NCBI RefSeq assembly: GCF_006345805.1
Contig: NC_043005.1
Span: forward strand, 40,920,001 to 40,984,000
Length of the DNA: 64,000 nt
Reading direction: 5' to 3'
From: Octopus sinensis
Taxonomy: Eukaryota
The translations under genes and the position numbers were made by a program. Each line of letters opens with the position of its first letter. Position 1 is the stretch's first letter. The notes beneath the pieces are model-generated. The model saw only the letters and a program-made list of their open reading frames with translations, was not told where the DNA came from and ran no database searches. This document shows positions 55,605-64,000 of this stretch, in pieces.

Positions 55605-56165
55605 TTGTCTTGCAAGCTACCTGGTGATCTTGCAGATGCTGGTACCTCATAAAAATCATCCATGCTAGTGTCGCATAAAAAGCACTCATGCTGGTGCCAT
55701 GTAAAGGAGCAATCATGCTGGTGCCATATAAAAATCACTTATGCTAGTGTCACATGAAAATCACCCTTGTTGGTACCACATAAAAAACACTTGTGCTGGC
55801 ACTACATAAAAAGTACCCATCCTGGTGCCATATAAAAAGCACTCATGCTGGTGCCATGTAAGGTGTGCCCCTGCTGGTGCTACATAAAAGTCACCCATGC
55901 TGGTGCCACTTAGAAGACACCTGTGCTGGTTCCACATAAAAACACTAGTGCTGGCATCATTTAAAAAGCACCCATGCTGGTACCACATAAAACACACTAA
56001 GTATACTCTGTAAAGTGGTTGGCATTAGGAAGGGCATGCAGCCATAGAAACCATGCCAAAACAGGCAACTGGAGCATGGTGCAGCCCTACAGAATGCCGG
56101 AATGCCAGCTTCTGTCAGACTGTCCAACCCATGTTAGGATGGGAAACAGGTGTTAAAGGATGATG
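55605..56165 (+). mobile_element. Family-D element with internal ~26-bp VNTR (~14 units)
   Basis: gctggtgccacataaaaagcacccat-like units at 55638-55997, then gtggttggcattaggaagggcat... and a GAT tail. Confidence 0.8.
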
Positions 56166-56744
56166 ATATGATAACGATAATAGTAATAGCCAGCTGTAAC
56201 ATAAGCAAGCACAAGTACAGGAATCTTTTTTTCGGGGAGGTTAGTAGTTTAAATCAACCCAATACTTAACTGGTACTCTTTTCATTGATCCTGAAAAGCA
56301 AAAAGGAGACAATGCAAAGGGGCATCTTGTCGGATGACTGCACCACTCCAATATATTCTATGACAAATATTGCACCATTTTTCACACTGAATCATTTACA
56401 TGCAATGTTTCTAGTAACGGAATGCGACAGGAACAACTGTAATAAATATTACAGTTGGGCTAAATTCATTCTTTGCTTTCTTATATATATTACATGTATT
56501 TTACACACACACACACACACACATGTAGCTTAAATTCTGTATTATTTTGAAGGTTTTTTTTTGCTTTTTGCATTTATACAGATATGTAAGTAATTTATTT
56601 ATCATTAACTATAATAATATAAGTTATTTACATGTTTTTAAGTTACAAAACAATTTGTCAGGATATAAGAATTTTCCTCATTGTTAAATAAAATTTCATC
56701 AAACTATTTCTCTGTCATTTATGACTTTATATATATATATATAT

Positions 56745-57283
56745 ATAATAGAAATATTAAAATTACTAAGTCTCTCTAAAAGAGAACAGCAGCAGCGTTC
56801 CCGGAAAATAATAGTTATCGCCATACTAATATGGCATTCTTATAAAAATGGAGCTAATAAGCGGACAGCTTTATTCTTATTTTTATAAGAATGCCATATT
56901 AGTATGGCGATAACTATTATTTTCCGGGAACGCTGCCGCTGTTCTCTTTTAGAGAGACTTAGTAATTTTAATATTTCTATTATTGAAAACAAGTGGATGT
57001 ATTCCACCGAAACTAGGTAAATAAAACCATCGAACAGAGATTGTCGGAAGCGACACCTACTGGCTGGCTACGCTGCATTGAAAAGGGGCAATACCCCGAA
57101 ACGCGTCTGTAGCTGCCGGTCAAGTAGTGTGGAGCGACTGACCTCCCTTGTTCGAAGGTTATATGGATACAGTTTGTGTATCAAATAGCTAACTTAAGGC
57201 GATGGCCTCATGGAGCTAATAAGCGGACAGCTTTATTCTTATTTTTATAAGAATGCCATATTAGTATGGCGATAACTATTATT
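56745..57283 (+). mobile_element. Retrozyme-like / non-autonomous PLE-type element (family H7) inserted in (TA)n
   Basis: 74-bp direct repeats at 56848-56921 and 57210-57283 (period 362); 105-bp inverted copy at 56745-56849 of 56879-56983; hammerhead inside; TA-rich flanks. Confidence 0.8.
57072..57113 (+). ncRNA. Minimal type-I hammerhead ribozyme with U3-A8 core variant
   Basis: GCTGCA TTGAAAA GGGG caata CCCC GAAAC GC GTC TGTAGC: 6-bp stem I (one GU), 4-bp stem II, palindromic ACGCGU stem III, GUC triplet. Confidence 0.8.
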
Positions 57284-57670
57284 ATTATATATATATAATA
57301 TATATATATATAATATATATATATAATCAGTCAGTTTTTCTTAAGCCCAAATTAAAAGCACACTCTAAAAATTTCTTTTAGCACTAATATTTTTCTGTAG
57401 TTGTTGGTTATGGTTGGTCAGAAAGTTGTTATTAATTTCACTAGAAATAATGGATATGAAACTAATGGTATCTTTCTGACTAGCTATATCCAGCAACTAC
57501 ATAAAATACGTACACATACATACCATGCAAGCATGCATGCATACATACATACATACATACATACATACATACATACATACATACATACATACATACATAC
57601 ATGCACATATACACACATACATACATACATACATACATACATACATACATACATACATGCACATATACAC

Positions 57671-57765
<95 letters not shown>

Positions 57766-58029
57766 CATATACATATATACATATTTGTATACATATATAT
57801 TTACACACACACATACATACAAACAAACATACATACATACATACATATATATATGTGTGTGTGTGTGTGTTCTTTTCTTTTATTCTTTTATTAGTTTCAG
57901 CCATGTGGCTGCTGTCATGCTGGAACACCACTGTGGTTTTGCACTGTCACATATGATTCTACTTCAACTGATTACTTCAGGGTGATGGGGTTTCACATCA
58001 CCACTCCTGTATGTGCATTTGTCCTGGTT

Positions 58030-58740
58030 GTTGGCCCATTTGGTGCATGAGGGAGCTTGTGTCTGATGTCCTTGCTTGTAAATCATGCTGGGCCATCAGT
58101 TCATTTTGTATTGTGGAGAGGAGAATGTCTAGTTCCTTTTCGAAGATATCTACATTCACATTAATTTTTGTGGCAGGGCATTGATAAGCTGTGGGCCTTT
58201 GAACCCTAAGCTATTGCAGTATCTGGTCCTGAGTTTTGATAAAATAGATGATACCTTTGATACAATACAAAGGTAACCAGTTCTGGCATTTGTATAACAC
58301 TCAATACCAAAATTAGGTACCAGCCCTTTCAAAATTTTCCATGTGTAAATTATTACATATTTATACCTTTGATACAATACAAAGGTAACCAGTTCTGGCA
58401 TTTGTATAACACTCAATACCAAAATTAGGTACCAGCCCTTTCAAAATTTTCCATGTGTAAATTATTACATATTTATACCTTTGATACAATACAAAGGTAA
58501 CCAGTTCTGGCATTTGTATAACACTCAATACCAAAATTAGGTACCAGCCCTTTCAAAATTTTCCATATGTTAATTATTACATATCTGTCACGCCTTTACT
58601 CCAAGGAGTAATGTAGTTTTTCCAGCCTCTCCCTGTAGCTCATCTGCTGTACTATTACAATCATTTTAGCATAGTGATGTTGGAATGCTTCAAGCTCTGC
58701 TTTTAGTTTGACACTACGTGGTGACCATAACTGAGAGCAG
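58030..58740 (-). mobile_element. CR1-clade LINE 3' fragment with a triplicated 112-bp segment
   Basis: Translates MSYRERLEKLHYSLE*RRDRY...WKILKG and RYCNSLGFKGPQLINALP (CR1 C-terminus); tandem units start at 58251, 58363 and 58475. Confidence 0.8.
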
Positions 58741-58839
58741 GTGGCTGAGAACAAAGGTCTTCCACAGGGTCAACATAACTTGGTCTTGGTTTCTTGGCTT
58801 GGGGGACCTTCGTATCGATCCTACTAGTTGTACACAACA

Positions 58840-58871
<32 letters not shown>

Positions 58872-59024
58872 TCATATATACACACACACACACACACACA
58901 CAAACACATATATATATACATATAAACATACATGCACATGTGTATATACAAATATATATAGTATATACATATGTGATATGAAGTTCACAAGTATGATGTA
59001 GTTATATGATACTCTTTTTTTTAT

Positions 59025-59424
59025 TACTCTTTTACTTGTTTCAGTCATTTGACTGTGGCCATGCTGGAGCACCGCCTTTAATTGAGCAACTCGACCCCGG
59101 GACTTATTCTTTTGTAAGCCCAGTACTTATTCTATCGGTCTCTTTTGCTGAACCGCTAAGTAACGGGTACATAAACACACCAACATCGGTTGTCAAGCAA
59201 TGCTAGGGGGTCAAACACAGACACACAAACACACGCACGCATATATATATATACATATATACGACGGGCTTCTTTCAGTTTCCGTCTACCAAATCCACTC
59301 ACAAGGCTTTGGTCAGCCCGAGGCTATAGTAGAAGACACTTGCCCAAGGTGCCACGCAGTGGGACTGAACCCGGAACCATGTGGTTGGTAAACAAGCTAC
59401 TTACCACACAGCCACTCCTGCGCC
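59025..59424 (-). mobile_element. Full-length young SINE family A
   Basis: Intact head ggcgcaggagtggctgtgtggtaagtagc on the minus strand. Confidence 0.9.
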
Positions 59425-60616
59425 TATGATACATCTAGGAAAGTAATATTTCCCAATAAGAACTAACTCAGTTGTAAAATAATGAGAACAGTAATGATGA
59501 TGATGACAATGATGATTTAGTTGATGATTTATGTGTGTGTGTATGTAACATGTATAATAGATATATAAACAGGGTTAATTTAGCTATTTCCCCATAGACA
59601 GGAAAAATTATGAACAGATTTAATTAATTTTCAAACTTTAATGCTGCCTTCTCAGAGGTGTCTATATCAATTTGACCAATAAAAAAGAAACAAACAGCCA
59701 GTCTGCTTATTTAATAAATGCATGTATCCCATCCAAAATCATACTTTTTTTTTTTATTACAGTCTATAAACGTCAACAACTTAGGTTAGTGCACCGTTTG
59801 TTCCAAAATTTTATGTTAAAAAAAAATATGCAACCAATAAAATGAGTTCCAGTCTGAAAAATAATTATTAAGGTGTTGACATGTTTGACTGGAACTTCGA
59901 AAGGCCAATGACAGAAACAAGTAAAAAGCAAAAATATAAAAATACAGAAATAATATAGACACACACAAATGCATAAATACACACACATATATCCACACAG
60001 ATACATACAATCCACATCTGGAAATAAAACATTAATTCAAACAACATAATGTTAAAATTGGAAGGAAAAAAAAAAACTAGATATTCAGAAAAAAAATGTC
60101 TGTTGGAACATTATAGCAGCACTCCTGGATGGTCATTCAGAACTAATATGGTTTAAATACCCCAGATATTACAGAGATGTAACAATGTAACAGCAAATCT
60201 GATTGTATTGTATAGAGAAGTTGAGAAACAAGCTGAAAGCCACATAAAAATATGTTCTATATTTAATCTGAATGTTCATTGCATTCAGATATTTATATAA
60301 TGATGCTCTTTCTTTATTAAAACATATATTATTAACTGGATACATCCTGCATTGTTAGTAACTAGCATGGCAGTTATTGAAATAGCTGCTGGCTGTCAAT
60401 GAGTTATTTTGCTTTTGATATGCTTGAATGGACCTAGACATATGCTTATGGTTACACACACACACACACACAAATCCACACATATGTCCATACATATGTA
60501 AGTATATGCATAGATATATTATATTTACACACACACACACACACACACATACACACTCAACACATTTCATATATTTCTATTATATATATATGTATATATG
60601 TACATATTTATGTATG

Positions 60617-60650
<34 letters not shown>

Positions 60651-60968
60651 AACACACATAAGGTCATTTTACACCCTCTGTCTAGTATATATATGAATGT
60701 CTGTATGTACTTATTTGTATAGCTAATATGTATATATAAATATACTATATATATGTGTATGTGTGCATGTGCATGTGTGTATGTGTATGCGTGCCTGTGT
60801 GTTTGTGTGTGTGTGCATTTAATGTGTATATTATTATGTATAATGCATGTGTTTATGTATGTGTGTATGTATGTATGTATATACGTATGTATGTATGTAG
60901 ATGAATGTATGTATGTATGTATGTATGTATGTATGTATGTATGTATGTATATATATATATAATGTATG

Positions 60969-61040
<72 letters not shown>

Positions 61041-61113
61041 GAGAGATGTGTGTGTGTGTTAGGGAGTTACTATGGTTCATAGCAAACAGAAAAGAGCTCT
61101 CAACTGTAAAAAA

Positions 61114-61337
61114 TCCTTTAGCATTCAGATTACTCTGTCAAATGCAATGCTTAATTATTCACATAGTTTTGAATTAATCATGTATTATCTCAAAGCTTCT
61201 AAATTTCTATGATGTGATTGTATAGTTTTAAAGTGACATTGTAGAATAGGTGTGTGTGTGGTCAGATGAAGAGAATTTTTATATAAAACAAAAGAAAAAT
61301 ATTCAAGCCAGATATGACTTGTTTAAATGCTAAAAGG
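61114..61337. mobile_element. piggyBac-type MITE (degenerate; partial relative near 19812-19932)
   Basis: Ends cctttagcatt / aatgctaaaagg form TIRs; the right flank ctaa resembles TTAA. Confidence 0.55.
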
Positions 61338-62756
61338 CTAATGATGTTCATACTAATAAATGATGCCATGTTACTCTGAGTTTTATGAAAGGTGGGTCAC
61401 ACTACACTTGCTAGTTGTACCTATTAAGGATTTAAGTTGAACATGTCAAAAGTTGGCTGGTGTGGATTTCCACAGACATGTTTTCTGTTTTGAACTTAAA
61501 TCTATAAATAAGTCTAATGAGCGTGGTAATCTCAACCTTACATGAAACTTGGAGTTATATCATTGTTTCTTAGTATCAAGCTATATTATGTACTCACACT
61601 ATTTTTGTGTAGTTTAGTGATCTTTCTTATTTTACTAAGAACCATAACCTGTCACATGTGTGTGTGTGTGAGTGTGTATTTATATATATATACATACAAA
61701 CACACACATACACAGTTGTTTTCTCTTATATTGAAATTTTTGTTGCTAAATACGCTTGTTGTTATAGCTAAACAGCCATTCCATCCTGGCTTCCCCATTC
61801 CCATTGCTCATCATGTATGTCTCAGGTATTTAGATGTATTTGTGCATTTGAGATTTGTATTTCAACCCACCTCTTCTCTGATGATGCATTCACTATCACT
61901 GAATGTACTTTACATATATTTAATATCAATTTAATCATCTGGGTAATAACTTTGTAATGTGCATTTCAAAGCTCCTCTACAGCTATCAGCCATCTGTGTC
62001 TATTTGAATCTATGCGGTGCTCTTCCTCAATACTAAAAATATTAAAATTAGAATATGGGTATAAAACAATAGAAAATTACAGGGGATATAGCATTGCTCT
62101 CAAAGACACTCACCCAATGACATACAAATACACATACATTGCTGGATCATAGTTATATAATATTTATATAATAATATGTGTAAATATGTGAAACACTTAG
62201 CTACTAACAGCTGTTTCTAATGTGCAAAGCTTGTTCATCTCATCTTCTTGCACTATAAATCTAAGTCCTTCATCCAGGGTTATTGCCTCTAGTATTGGGA
62301 GTTAGAATGATCCTTGTTGAGCTATTAAGGAGTTAGAAGACATTAAGGCAAATAAAAATACATAGGCTTCACAAGTCTATTTACATGGACTACAAAACAT
62401 AGAGAATAGAATAAAGTAAATAGAAGAGTAAACAGAAGGAGTTATGTAATAATCCTACCTTGACAGCTATTTTAGATGCAGCATGATTTATGCTGTAACC
62501 ATATTCATATGTAATAGACATGCATGATATTGTAGGTGTGTGCAGTAACAGGGATACCAGTGTATTTGATGGGCTAAGTCAGGTCACTCTCATTAGAAGA
62601 AGACGACAAATCATAGCAGTGCTTAAAAATATAAAGGTTTGTAGAGAACAGAATGGGGCGGTGAAGAAAGTGCTTGAGGGAAGAGAAAAAAAAATGGTTT
62701 GAAAGGTGGATGAAAGCCAGAGAGAGGGAAGATGAGAGAGCTGTAGTTTTAGTATA

Positions 62757-63140
62757 TCATCATCATCATCATCATTTAAAGTCCATTTTCAATGCTGACA
62801 TAGGTTGGACGGTTTGATACACACTGGTCAGTCCAGAGACCCCACCAGGTTCCATCTGTCTGTTTAGTATCGTTTTCATGGATGGATACCCTTCTTAACA
62901 CCAACCATTTTACAGAGTATACTGGGTGCTTTTTTATATAACAACAGCACCACTGCATTTTATGGGGCACCATTGTCAGTGCTTTTTATGTCACACCATC
63001 ATCGGTACTCTTTACATGGTACCAGCAATGGTGCTTTTTATATGGTACTAGCACCAATGCATTTTATGTGGCACCAGCATGGGCGCTTTTTACATGGCAT
63101 CAGGACCAACAGAGTCACCAAGTAACTTACAAGACAAAAA
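62757..63140 (-). mobile_element. Family-D element with several 26-bp units
   Basis: Reverse complement of the 55605-56165 architecture. Confidence 0.75.
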
Positions 63141-63219
63141 GACCCTCAGCTGGGAGGAGGGGAGTAGTAGTGAAGTTGATGGTGGCTTTGTGCTAGTTGA
63201 GGAGAGATTAGAGGGACAT

Positions 63220-63371
63220 CATGACTGTGTGGTAAGAAGCTTCCTTTGCAACCACATGGTTCCAGGTTCAGTCCCACTGTGTGACACCTTGGGTAAATGC
63301 CTTCTACTATAGCCTCAGGCTGACCAAAGCCTTGTGAGTGGATTTGGTAGACAGAAACTGAAAGAAGCCCA

Positions 63372-63412
<41 letters not shown>

Positions 63413-63890
63413 TCATCATCATCATCATCATCATCAGCGTTTAGCATCTGCTTTCCATGCTAGCATGGGTTGGACGGTTCAACTGGGATCTGGGAAGCCA
63501 GAAGGCTGCACCAGGCCCAGTCTGATCTGGCAATGTTTCTACGGCTGGATGCCCTTCCTAATGCCAATCACTCCGTGAGTGTAGTGGGTGCTTTTTACGT
63601 GCCAGACTCGTCTGGCACAGGTGCCAGACGAGTATGTAATATGTATATATATCTATGTGTGTGTGTATCTTTGCGTTTGTGTTTGTCCCCCATCACTGCT
63701 TGATAACTGGTGGTGTGTTTAGGTCCCTGTAACTTAGCAGTTCAGCATAAGAGACCAATAGAATAAATATTGGGCTTTAAGAAAAAAAAGTTCTGGGGTC
63801 AATTTGTTCAGCCCAAGCCCCTTAAGGTGGTACTCCAGCATGGCTGCAGTCAAATGACTGAAACAAGTAAAAAAAATAAAAGAATAAAAG
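63220..63890 (+). mobile_element. SINE family A interrupted by a family-D insertion (63412-63632, minus)
   Basis: 5' half at 63220-63372, 3' half at about 63650-63890; the family-D copy lies within the internal microsatellite. Confidence 0.75.
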
Positions 63891-64000
63891 AATATGTCTA
63901 TATTTTATTTGTATAGCATTACTTGATTTGAAATGTATGTGGAAGCAGTTTTTCTTTTAATTAAACTTGAATCAGTTATTGCAAGTTTTACACTCTTCGT

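Noticed and set aside
62200-62282. Minus-strand CTGGATGA...GAAACAGCTGTT hammerhead-like string
   Set aside because: The core has an extra base and stem I does not pair.

Overview
AT-rich eukaryotic DNA, dense in microsatellites and repeats. The SINE repertoire suggests an octopus genome, but that is an inference from recalled repeat families. I can support no intact host protein-coding gene: almost all ORFs in the track are translations of (TA)n, (CA)n, (CATA)n or trinucleotide arrays, or of SINEs. The window holds many copies of four tRNA-derived SINE families, an abundant repeat matching an RTE 3' tail, decayed RTE, CR1, R4/Dong-like and Penelope-like (PLE) fragments, piggyBac- and mariner-type MITEs, and a Helentron-type non-autonomous element. 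The main signal is about 13 minimal type-I hammerhead-ribozyme (HHR) motifs in at least 7 unrelated short element families. Most lie in or beside (TA)n-type microsatellites, often with inverted or partial-tandem duplications as in PLE integration. Highlights are a 362-bp retrozyme-like unit with a compensatory U3-A8 core (56745-57283), a tRNA-headed SINE ending in a hammerhead (15542-15866 and 30361-30706), a near-perfect palindrome with a hammerhead on each strand (8123-8280), and a three-copy family with a non-canonical CUGUNGAA core. All RNA structures were paired by eye; none was computed or tested.
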